A program made the position numbers and the translations under genes. Shown in pieces: positions 28,134 through 36,800 of a DNA stretch of 64,000 bases. Numbering within the stretch: position 1 is the first letter of the stretch; every line of letters starts with the position of its first letter. Source of the stretch: an uncultured Actinomycetes bacterium (GTDB taxonomy: Bacteria; Actinomycetota; Actinomycetes; S36-B12); NCBI GenBank assembly GCA_937875815.1, contig CALFHU010000097.1, positions 1,125-65,124 of the forward strand, written 5' to 3'. The notes beneath the pieces were generated by a model that made no database searches, was not told the DNA's origin, and saw nothing but the letters and a program-made list of their open reading frames with translations.

Positions 28134-28802
28134 ATGAGTGAGCAAACGAAAAGGTGCCAAATGCGAATTCGTTGGGGAAAAGAGAAATCTGCGACACCAA
28201 GAAATCGAAGATCAGCGAGATGGAGCGATATTCGACTGTGGCTCGGCGTGGTCATTTTGATTGGTTCAATGTTCATTGGAGCGCGGGTGATGGCAACCGG
28301 AGAAGAAACCGTGACGCTATGGCGAGCGAGTTCGGAACTGGCCGTAGGAAGCCCATTGAATGACTTGGAGGCCGTAGTTGTGGCGCTGAACGGTGCTCAA
28401 GCGCCCTACCTACAAGGGATAACACCGCCAAGCGGGATTGTGGGGAGACCAATTGGGGTGGGAGAATTTATTCCAGTGGAGGCGATTAGCGCACTCCCAC
28501 CGGAAGATTCACGCATTGTCACCGTATCGGTCGACCCACTGCACGTTCCGATTGGATTGAATTCCGGTGACCAAGTTGATGTGTGGTCCAGCTCGCAAGA
28601 CACGCAATCACTTACTCCGCCGATCCTGGTGCTTTCAGGTTTAACGGTTCGCCAAGTCGCAAGTGATGTCGTCGGAACAGGTGGTGAAATCGGCGTAGTG
28701 CTGTTGGTGCCCGTCGCTCAAGTTCCCGACTTAGTGCAGGCGATCCGTAGCGGTGTGATTGATCTGGTCAAGGTTCCCGCGCAATCGCAGGTGGCGCAGT
28801 AA
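28134..28802 (+). CDS. SAF-domain (CpaB/RcpC-like) membrane-anchored protein
   Basis: N-terminal basic region plus TM helix (LWLGVVILIGSMFIGARV), followed by a SAF-like beta domain (..VTLWRASSELAVGSPL..). Operon position is ahead of the ParA-like gene. Confidence 0.65.
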   Translation: MSEQTKRCQMRIRWGKEKSATPRNRRSARWSDIRLWLGVVILIGSMFIGARVMATGEETVTLWRASSELAVGSPLNDLEAVVVALNGAQAPYLQGITPPSGIVGRPIGVGEFIPVEAISALPPEDSRIVTVSVDPLHVPIGLNSGDQVDVWSSSQDTQSLTPPILVLSGLTVRQVASDVVGTGGEIGVVLLVPVAQVPDLVQAIRSGVIDLVKVPAQSQVAQ

Positions 28803-30103
28803 TGGAAAATTTTGGGGAAGCTTCACGAGCACTCAACATGGTCTGGGCATTAAACGGTGTTCCTGCAGAGGCAGAATTGCTTGCACTAGCCAGCGCGGGT
28901 GGAATTGTCGTGCGAAGACGCTGCTTTGATGCATCTGAGCTGCTTGCGGTAAGCGCCGTCGTACCCGGTACCCACGTGTTGATCAGCGCGCAACTAGCAC
29001 GCATGAGCAGGGAAATCATGTCCACGTTGCAAGCCCAGGTTGCATCGGTTGCGGTGATTGCATTTAGTGACGCTGAAGAATCCCGCGCCGAAACATGGAA
29101 CGCCGACCGCATTTTTCGGGGCGATCACCCCGAATTTGATCTGGTCGCCAAACTCAAGCAAGAGCATTCGAGCTCACCGGCGTGGCCGCCGCCGCCACAA
29201 ACATCTCTGGGACAGGTCTGTGCCATTTGGGGGCCCATCGGTTCACACGGACGGACAACCTTTGCGATTGGATTAGCTGAGGCTTTAGCGGATTTAGGCG
29301 AGCGAGTACTGCTCATTGATGCTGACACGAGTGCTCCGTCGGTCGCGTTGACGTTGGGGATTGAGGAGGATGTCAGTGGGATCGTCGTAGCCACGCGATA
29401 TGCCGAACAAAATGCACTTGACTCGAGATCGCTGGCCAACTGTGCCAGGGTAATCAGCCCAAATTTTTGGGTCATGACGGGTCTGGCGAGTCCGCAGAGA
29501 TGGCCAGAAGTACGTGCCGGTTCTTTCTGCAAAATTATTGAGCGTGCACGTGAACATTTCGATCAGATCGTGATTGACGTTGGCGCGGCGCTGGACGACG
29601 TTGAGGGAGAAGACCGGATCGAGTTGGCGCCCACTTTGGTCCCGCGCCGACATCTGGTCACGCGTAGTGTTCTAGAGAATGCGGATCAGGTGTATTTGGT
29701 GACGCGAGCCGATGCTCTCGGCGCCCAGAGGTTGGCGCACACGTATAGCGATCACGGGTCGGTGTTTGCAGGGGCCCGCAAAAGCGTTGTTGTCAACAGT
29801 GTTCACAAAACTCAAGTGCGAGAAGTACAACGTCAGTTTGTAGATCTGTGTGGTGCACTGGATCCGGAACTCAACGTGGTTTTCTTACCGCAGGATTCGG
29901 ATGCGCCAGGAATGGTCAAAAATGCACGTACGTTAGGGGAGCAAAATGCCCGTGCACCGTTGGCGAAGGCAATTAGGGAGTGTGCGGATACAAGATTACG
30001 GGGACGCGCGCACGTAGACCGTGTCACCGACCTCAGCCCATTTGTAAAGTTTCTTAGCATCTTTCGCGGCCATGCGTACGCACCCGCCGGTGGCAATGGG
30101 TAA
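28802..30103 (+). CDS. ParA/MinD-superfamily Ssd/CpaE(TadZ)-like protein with a degenerate P-loop
   Basis: A ~140-aa receiver-like N-terminal domain, then ..AIWGPIGSHGRTTFAIGLAEALADLGERVLLIDAD.. (P-loop-like, with neither Walker A Lys). The start overlaps the SAF stop (ATAATG context). Confidence 0.7.
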   Translation: MENFGEASRALNMVWALNGVPAEAELLALASAGGIVVRRRCFDASELLAVSAVVPGTHVLISAQLARMSREIMSTLQAQVASVAVIAFSDAEESRAETWNADRIFRGDHPEFDLVAKLKQEHSSSPAWPPPPQTSLGQVCAIWGPIGSHGRTTFAIGLAEALADLGERVLLIDADTSAPSVALTLGIEEDVSGIVVATRYAEQNALDSRSLANCARVISPNFWVMTGLASPQRWPEVRAGSFCKIIERAREHFDQIVIDVGAALDDVEGEDRIELAPTLVPRRHLVTRSVLENADQVYLVTRADALGAQRLAHTYSDHGSVFAGARKSVVVNSVHKTQVREVQRQFVDLCGALDPELNVVFLPQDSDAPGMVKNARTLGEQNARAPLAKAIRECADTRLRGRAHVDRVTDLSPFVKFLSIFRGHAYAPAGGNG

Positions 30104-30802
30104 TCCCAATTGATCGGTTGAATGCATCATGCTGCCGTCGTAGTAGAGCGGGATGCTGTGAAATCCGATCGCCGTTTTGCCATCATTACCGTAGGCAAAT
30201 CTGGTCATATGATCAAAAGTGACTTTTGAGTTGGGGTTCCCGCTGTACTTTGACTGCGAAAAAATCTCGTACTTGCCCTTAACGGGTCGATCCCAGCGAC
30301 CGACGACAGGGAATCGGTAGACAACTTCATCAGCTTCATTCATGGCCCACACGGTCATCAGCGCCTTGTCGTAAACGATCCGTCGACCGGTGTGCTTGCC
30401 CAACGGTCGCTCGGGAATATTCTTGGCTTTACGTTCCCGCGTTGCTGGCTTCGGCTTCTTGGTTTTTGTGGGTGTCGGGCTCGGTATGGGTATCACGCTA
30501 GTCATAGGTGCTGCGCTAGGTACTGGTGCGACACTAGGAGTGGGTGCTGCGCTAGGAGTGGGTGCTGCGCTAGGAGTGGGTGCTGCGCTAGGAGTGGGTG
30601 CTGCGCTGGGCTCGGTGGCGATGTCCTGGGCCGAGACCGTCACAGCACTGGCGCCCGCATTGTCTGAACGGTCAACAATCCCCACGAGAAGTCCGCCGAT
30701 CAAGGCGATAGCCAAAGCGGAAGCAACTACTGACACGCGGCCCACGTGTGTCCAGCGGGGAAGTTTCACGGTTTGAGTATGCCACCAAAGTGCGCAAATC
30801 AT
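29996..30802 (-). CDS. L,D-transpeptidase (YkuD domain) with TM anchor and a P/T/S/A-rich repeat linker
   Basis: YkuD catalytic region ..GFHSIP..TGGCVRM... TM helix VSVVASALAIALIGGLLVGIV. Start refined from 30991 to ATG 30802. Confidence 0.85.
   Translation of the reverse strand: MICALWWHTQTVKLPRWTHVGRVSVVASALAIALIGGLLVGIVDRSDNAGASAVTVSAQDIATEPSAAPTPSAAPTPSAAPTPSAAPTPSVAPVPSAAPMTSVIPIPSPTPTKTKKPKPATRERKAKNIPERPLGKHTGRRIVYDKALMTVWAMNEADEVVYRFPVVGRWDRPVKGKYEIFSQSKYSGNPNSKVTFDHMTRFAYGNDGKTAIGFHSIPLYYDGSMMHSTDQLGLPIATGGCVRMAAKDAKKLYKWAEVGDTVYVRASP
30507..30614. repeat. 18-bp tandem repeat x6 (three central copies identical) encoding (PTPSAA)n in the L,D-transpeptidase linker
   Basis: Units start at 30507, 30525, 30543, 30561, 30579 and 30597. 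Units 3-5 are GGTGCTGCGCTAGGAGTG, identical over 54 bp. Confidence 0.95.
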
Positions 30803-30897
30803 TGCTTTGGGCAGTACGGTGTGTGCGGCGCCACCGTGGTGGGGGATCCAGATCGTGGATTCGGACAGTTTATGGGGAACTCGAAAGGAAGTGGCAC

Positions 30898-32364
30898 GTG
30901 GAGCGGTTAAGTAGCCTCGACGCTTCATTTCTCTACATTGAGAACTCGCAGACGCCAATGAATATTGGGAGCGTGTCAATTTTTCAGCCATCTGAGGGTG
31001 GATTTGAGCATGAGACCCTGGTCAAATTGATTAAGGCACGCTTGGCATTTGTGCCGCGTTACCGGCAGCGGGTCAAGGAGATTCCCTTTGGCATATTCCG
31101 GCCGGTGTGGGTCGATGACACCGCATTTGATGTGTCGTATCACGTGCGTCGGTCCGCATTACCCAAGCCGGGTAATGGCGAACAGCTCGATGAACTAGTT
31201 GCCCGCCTCATGAGCCGTCCACTTGACCGGTCCCGTCCGTTATGGGAAATGTACTTAATTGAGGGGCTCTCCGGCGGGCGATTCGCGATTGTCACTAAGA
31301 GCCATGAAGCATTGGTTGATGGGCTCGCGGCACTCGATATTTCCCAAGTGATTCTTGACAGTGAATCCCAGGCATCGGTCGGTCCTCCAGATTCTTGGCG
31401 TCCTGCACCGGAGCCATCGGCAATTGAATTGATGAGCGCATCGGTGACCGAGGTATTTGCGCACCCGACCGCAGCTGCTGAGCTGGTTGTGAGTACCGCA
31501 TCCGAAGCCTTCACAGGTACTCAAAGCGTCGTGGGTAGCGCGGTGAGCGGCGCAACGGAGGCGATCTACGATTTAGTCTCGCTTGCACGATTTCGGACCC
31601 GGTCGCCGTTGAAGGCAAAACTCGGTGCCCAAAGGCGATTCGTTTCCGTTGACGTTGATCTTGACGAACTGCGAGAGGTCCGCAAATCTGCATCTGCGTT
31701 GACTGCCCAAAGCATCAGTGTCAACGACATTATTTTGACCGTGCTCACTGGGGCATTACGAAGTTGGCTGATTCGGCGCGATGGCCTACCAAGTGGCCAG
31801 GATCGTTTCAATGCGCTGGTGCCGGTTTCCCTGGATTCAAAAGTTGAAGAGCCGACGCTGGGCGGCTCGGTTAATGCTTATGTCATCGAGTTGCCGGTGG
31901 CACAATTCGAGCCGATTGATCGGTTGATGCGCGTGGTTGAACAAATGTCTGACCTGGATCCAATGGGTGAATTTCTCGGGGCGCGAGCGATCATTGACAT
32001 TGCCGGCTTCGGTCCAGCATCGGTACACGCTCTCGGTGCTCGCATGGCATCGACGCTCACGCGTCGCGCCTACGACGTCACAATCACCAACGTGCCTGGC
32101 CCTCAGCATGCCCTTTATGCAGCGGGGTCCCAAATGCTCGCTTCCTATCCGTGTGTGCCGTTGGTACCGGGTCAGGCGCTGAGCATTGGCCTGACGAGTT
32201 ACCACGGAAGTCTGTGTATTGGTCTAATGGCAGATCGTGATGCACTGGAAGATCTTGATGTGATTGCCGCGAGCATCCGTGACTCAATTGTCGGGCTACG
32301 AGCCTCGATTGCACAGCGACGGAGCTCGCCTGGTGGGAATTACTTACGGGTGGTCGCCTCCTAA
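30898..32364 (+). CDS. Wax ester synthase/diacylglycerol acyltransferase (WS/DGAT, Tgs-like) with a variant active-site motif
   Basis: N-terminal ..LSSLDASFLYIENSQTPMNIG.. and C-terminal ..TNVPGP.. are family hallmarks. The start is GTG 30898 (AAGGAAG upstream); the track ORF extension from 30748 is rejected. The motif reads SHEALVDG instead of HHxxxDG. Confidence 0.9.
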   Translation: MERLSSLDASFLYIENSQTPMNIGSVSIFQPSEGGFEHETLVKLIKARLAFVPRYRQRVKEIPFGIFRPVWVDDTAFDVSYHVRRSALPKPGNGEQLDELVARLMSRPLDRSRPLWEMYLIEGLSGGRFAIVTKSHEALVDGLAALDISQVILDSESQASVGPPDSWRPAPEPSAIELMSASVTEVFAHPTAAAELVVSTASEAFTGTQSVVGSAVSGATEAIYDLVSLARFRTRSPLKAKLGAQRRFVSVDVDLDELREVRKSASALTAQSISVNDIILTVLTGALRSWLIRRDGLPSGQDRFNALVPVSLDSKVEEPTLGGSVNAYVIELPVAQFEPIDRLMRVVEQMSDLDPMGEFLGARAIIDIAGFGPASVHALGARMASTLTRRAYDVTITNVPGPQHALYAAGSQMLASYPCVPLVPGQALSIGLTSYHGSLCIGLMADRDALEDLDVIAASIRDSIVGLRASIAQRRSSPGGNYLRVVAS

Positions 32365-33332
32365 TGTCTCGGCGGGCAATTGTGATTGGCGGGGGAGGAG
32401 TACTCGGCGGGACGTGGGCCGTGGGGGCTTTGAGCGCCCTGGAAAAGGAATTGGGAATAGCCGCGAGTGACGCTGACCTGCTGGTGGGTACGTCGGCGGG
32501 CTCGGTGCTGGCGGCGCTGATCGCGTGCGGTGTCAGTACGGAGGAACTGTGCCAGCACTATGGACAGGAGAAAGTCACTAGCGGACCGCTCTTGGGCTAT
32601 GAGTGGAATCCAGTCCGCGCTACCGGTGGGTCACGCCCGGGTTGGCCACGGATCTTGCGACCAGGATCACCGAAACTATTTGGCTCGGGTTTACTCAAAC
32701 TAGGCGAGCTTCCGCTCACCGCGGTGTTATCGGGCCTATTGCCACCGGGCGCAAAAAGCCTTGAGCGCGTCGGGCACTTAGTGGATGCTGTGTCGCCGTT
32801 AGGGGAGTGGGCACAAAGCCCCAGCGGTTCCCACCCAGATGTGTGGGTTGTGGCAATGGATTACGAAACGGGAAAACGGGCGGTATTTGGTCGCACCGGA
32901 GCACCAATTGCAAGTTTGTCGGAAGCGGTAATGGCCAGCTGCGCAATCCCTGGGTGGTTTTCACCGATAAAAATTGGCGCGAGAACCTATATCGACGGTG
33001 GAGCGGTGTCAGCAACAAGTGTCGATGTGCTCAGTCATGAAGGATTCGACGAGGTGTATGTGATCGCACCCATGTCGCTCACGCAGTCCGATCATCCGAA
33101 AAGTTTGACAGCTAAATTAGAGCGCCAGTGGCGCGGTGTCGTATCTCGTGCGGCAGCACATGAAATCGCTGATGTCGTTGCATGCGGTTCCCGGGTGTTC
33201 CTCGCCAGCCCAACAGCTGAAGATTTGACAGCGATGGGAACCAATTTAATGGACTCAACTCGTCGGAGGATTGTGTTGGAAACATCTTTACGCACAAGCC
33301 CGCACACCTGGTCAGAGCAGTTGGTGGGTTAG
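32364..33332 (+). CDS. Patatin-like phospholipase
   Basis: Oxyanion GGGGVLGG, nucleophile elbow GTSAG and catalytic Asp motif IDGGAVS. The start overlaps the WS/DGAT stop. Confidence 0.85.
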   Translation: MSRRAIVIGGGGVLGGTWAVGALSALEKELGIAASDADLLVGTSAGSVLAALIACGVSTEELCQHYGQEKVTSGPLLGYEWNPVRATGGSRPGWPRILRPGSPKLFGSGLLKLGELPLTAVLSGLLPPGAKSLERVGHLVDAVSPLGEWAQSPSGSHPDVWVVAMDYETGKRAVFGRTGAPIASLSEAVMASCAIPGWFSPIKIGARTYIDGGAVSATSVDVLSHEGFDEVYVIAPMSLTQSDHPKSLTAKLERQWRGVVSRAAAHEIADVVACGSRVFLASPTAEDLTAMGTNLMDSTRRRIVLETSLRTSPHTWSEQLVG

Positions 33333-33835
33333 TCCGCGAGCCACTCGTTACCCACTCGCTCCTCGGCCACAAGATAACGCTGCGTTTGCTCGGCAGCCAC
33401 CTTCTCAATCTTTCCACCAATAAATGGGACGCTGGCAGTAAATTTACCGCGGGTAGTGATTGTGGTGTTTGTTTGAGCACCGGGTGAGAGTTCGAGGGTC
33501 CCAATGAAGGACATAGGCGCGGAGAAAACAACGGAGATGGTGGCCGTACGGCTCCCGTCGGGAGCGGGCGGTGTCCATATTTGTGTTTCCGTCACGGTAA
33601 TTGTGTCGCCGACAAGTGATTTCGCCGGTCCTGGCAGATCGGCGGGAAGTACGCGGGTACTGATCAAAGTAACCGTCTCACCCCCGTCAAAAAGGACCTG
33701 ATCCACACTGGCCTCAGCGGATAGGGAGCCGGTCGCGGAACATTTGGCCAAAATAAATTTCTCTTGGGACAGCATGGCGAAGACCTTGAGCGGGCTGCCG
33801 GTAAAATTTTGGGCGAAATCAAACTGTGTGGGCAC
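33329..33835 (-). CDS. DUF2505/SRPBCC-like small protein
   Basis: 168 aa. The N-terminus MPTQFDFAQNFTGSPLKVFAMLSQEKFILAKC resembles actinobacterial DUF2505 proteins. Convergent 4-nt overlap with the patatin gene. Confidence 0.55.
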   Translation of the reverse strand: MPTQFDFAQNFTGSPLKVFAMLSQEKFILAKCSATGSLSAEASVDQVLFDGGETVTLISTRVLPADLPGPAKSLVGDTITVTETQIWTPPAPDGSRTATISVVFSAPMSFIGTLELSPGAQTNTTITTRGKFTASVPFIGGKIEKVAAEQTQRYLVAEERVGNEWLAD

Positions 33836-33888
33836 GTGAAATCCATCTCCTTGGTCCGTGTAGCACTTTTCAGTACTAGCGTAGGGGT

Positions 33889-36800
33889 GTGAGTTCCTTC
33901 CGCGAGTCAGTTCCGATTGTTGCCCACCAGTTATTTAAGGACCAGTCAAGCGTGGATTTGGGATTTAACGCTACAGACCCGATCGCTAGTGAGCAGGCCG
34001 CCGACATGCTGGACTGGGCACAGATCCGGCCCAATGGTGCACAAGGCGAAACGCTGATTCGGGCGTGGACCCCGGATTTGCCAGGTGTGAGTTACTCGGT
34101 CGTTGAAATCGTCACCGACGACATGCCATTCCTAGTGGACTCGGTAACTGCGGAAATAACTCGTCAAGGCCGAGCAATTCATCTGGTCGCACACCCACTT
34201 TTCGCCGTGACCCGCGATGAATCGCATCGAGTCAGTTCTATTCACGACTTAGATGTGAACGAAATCAAGAAAGGTGTGATTGCAGAGTCGTGGATGCGCA
34301 TCCACATTGAGCGAGATTTCATCTCCGATGATCTCAGTGGGGTTGTCGCTGGTCTTGCGCGTGTTCTTACCGATGTGCGCAAGGCAGTGAACGACTGGCT
34401 TGCAATGCGCAAGAAGGCAATTGAAGTGTCGGGTGATTTACGTCGCATGCCTCCTGTCGGTATTGATCAAGAGGATCTCGACGAATCGATTGCGCTTTTG
34501 GACTGGCTCACCCAGGACAGTTTCACTTTTGTTGGCTACCGGGAATATGACCTAGTTGATGTTGATGGCGAGGATGCATTGCACCCAGTTCATGGAACCG
34601 GTCTGGGTGTTTTGAGGACAAACGACAAGCAGGATCTTTCACATAGTTTTGCCGTTTTGCCTCCGGCGGCGAGGGTTCGTGCTCGTGAAAAAAGTCTCCT
34701 CGTTTTGAGTAAAGCAAACTCTCGGTCAACTGTTCACCGCCCCGCGTATTTGGACTACATTGGGGTGAAGAAATTTGATGCAGATGGCAATGTCGTGGGG
34801 GAACAACGCTTTTTGGGGATATTTGCAGCACGCGCATACTCGGACACCGTCTCGGACATTCCAGTGTTGCGTGCCAAATACCAACAAGTCGAGAAGAACC
34901 TTGATTATGTCGCCGGGTCTCACAGCGCCAAGGACCTCGAAGAATTCCTTGACACCTATCCGCGTGATGAACTATTTCAAATTGACTCAGTCCAACTGAC
35001 CGAGGTTGCTAGGTCCGTCTTGCACCTTCAGGAACGACGTCAAACAAAGTTGTACGTCCGGTATGACCCCTATGAAAGATTTGTCTCAGCACTCGTGTAT
35101 TTTCCCCGCGATCGCTACACGACAGCTTTACGACTTCGATTGGAAGCGATCCTGCGAGATTCATTTGGCGGAATACACGTGGACTACGCGGCGCGCGTCA
35201 CTGAGTCGGTATTGGCGCGCTTGCATTACGTCATCCACGTCCCGAGTGGGGCGGAAATTCTGCGACCGAATCTTGTTGAGTTAGAGGCACGGTTAGCTCA
35301 TGCCAGTCGCAGTTGGATGGACGAATATCACTCCCTGAGTATGGAAAGTGACAATTCTGAACTCGTCCCGATCTATGCGGAGGCATTCCCCGAGTCCTAT
35401 AAGGAGGACTTTGACCCAAGTATCGGTTTGGCCGATGCGCTCATTATTGAAAAACTTGAACCGGGTGAATTGGCCCTAGATTTGTATGCGCCGGTTGTAA
35501 GTGACTCGCGGGAGGTGCGGTTCAAGGTAATGCGGGTTGGACCTGCAATGCCACTCACCAAGATCCTGCCAATCCTGGAGCGACTTGGCGTCGAAGTCCT
35601 GGACGAGCATCCATATGAAATTAGACGAAAGGACCGCGCATCCGCGTGGATCCTTGATTTTGGACTGGTTCTGCCCAATGGTGAGATCTACTGCGCAGAC
35701 ACTCTATTTGCCCGATTCGAGTTGGCATTCGAGGCCGCTTGGCACGGACAGATCGCCAGTGACTCCTTTAACTCGCTAGTGACCCAAGCCGGATTGACGT
35801 GGCAGGATGCACAGTTAATTCGTGCGTACGCCCGGTACATGCGCCAGATCGGTTCCACCTTTGGTCAGGGGTACATCGAGATGGTGATCCTGGAGAATGC
35901 CGAGATCAGCAGGCTGCTTATAGAGTTTTTCCGAGTGCGTTTTGATCCTGCGTTTGGGGGTGATCGCGAGTCGGAGTCACAGACGGCTCGAGAGCAATTT
36001 GACGCGAGCCTTGTGCTAGTTCCCTCACTTGATCATGACCGGATTCTGCGTTTGTTCTGGACCTTAATCGAGGCGACAATGCGCACAAATTACTTTGCGA
36101 ATGCGCAGACCCTCGCATTTAAGTTGGTGCCGACCATGATTGCGGACATCCCACTTCCCAGACCGGCACATGAAATCTGGGTGCATTCACCCAGAGTCGA
36201 AGGTGTGCATTTGCGCTTTGGAGCGGTTGCTCGTGGCGGAATCCGGTGGAGTGACCGACGCGAAGACTTTCGGACTGAGATTCTGGGCCTGGTCAAGGCA
36301 CAGGAAGTGAAAAATGCCGTGATTGTCCCCGTCGGTGCCAAGGGAGGCTTTTTTGCCAAGAACTTGCCCGATCCAGCTATTGATCGCGAAGCGTGGCTGG
36401 CCGAAGGCATCGGCGCATATCAAGACTTCATCCGTGCGCTACTTTCGGTGACCGACAATATTGTTGATTCGATCGTTGTGCCACCAGTCGATGTTGTGCG
36501 ACATGACCCGGATGACCCGTATCTCGTCGTTGCGGCGGACAAGGGAACGGCCAGTTTCTCTGACATAGCAAATGCAATCGCAATTGAGGAGAATTACTGG
36601 CTAGGAGATGCATTCGCCTCTGGCGGCTCAGCCGGATACGATCACAAGGCTATGGCGATCACAGCGCGTGGCGCGTGGGATTCTGTTAAGCGGCACTTTT
36701 TCGAGATGGATCTCGATACCCAACGCGAAGAGTTCACTGTTGTGGGCATCGGTGATATGAGTGGAGACGTTTTCGGCAACGGCATGTTGCTGAGCGAACA

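Noticed and set aside
27778-30103. HTH/SAF/ParA-like genes considered as a Tad/Flp pilus locus
   Set aside because: No TadA ATPase, TadB/TadC, prepilin peptidase or Flp/TadE pilin genes follow. Only the first three gene types are present.
30507-30614. Tandem 18-bp repeats considered as a CRISPR-like array
   Set aside because: The units are contiguous with no spacers, lie inside a continuous ORF, and translate to a P/T/S/A linker.
30748-30897. N-terminal 50-codon extension of the WS/DGAT ORF, and similar extensions at 56884-57111 and 27026-27331
   Set aside because: The extensions overlap divergent genes or repeat elements and are Arg/Trp/Cys-rich with no family similarity. Internal starts align with the conserved N-termini or have SD-like sequences.
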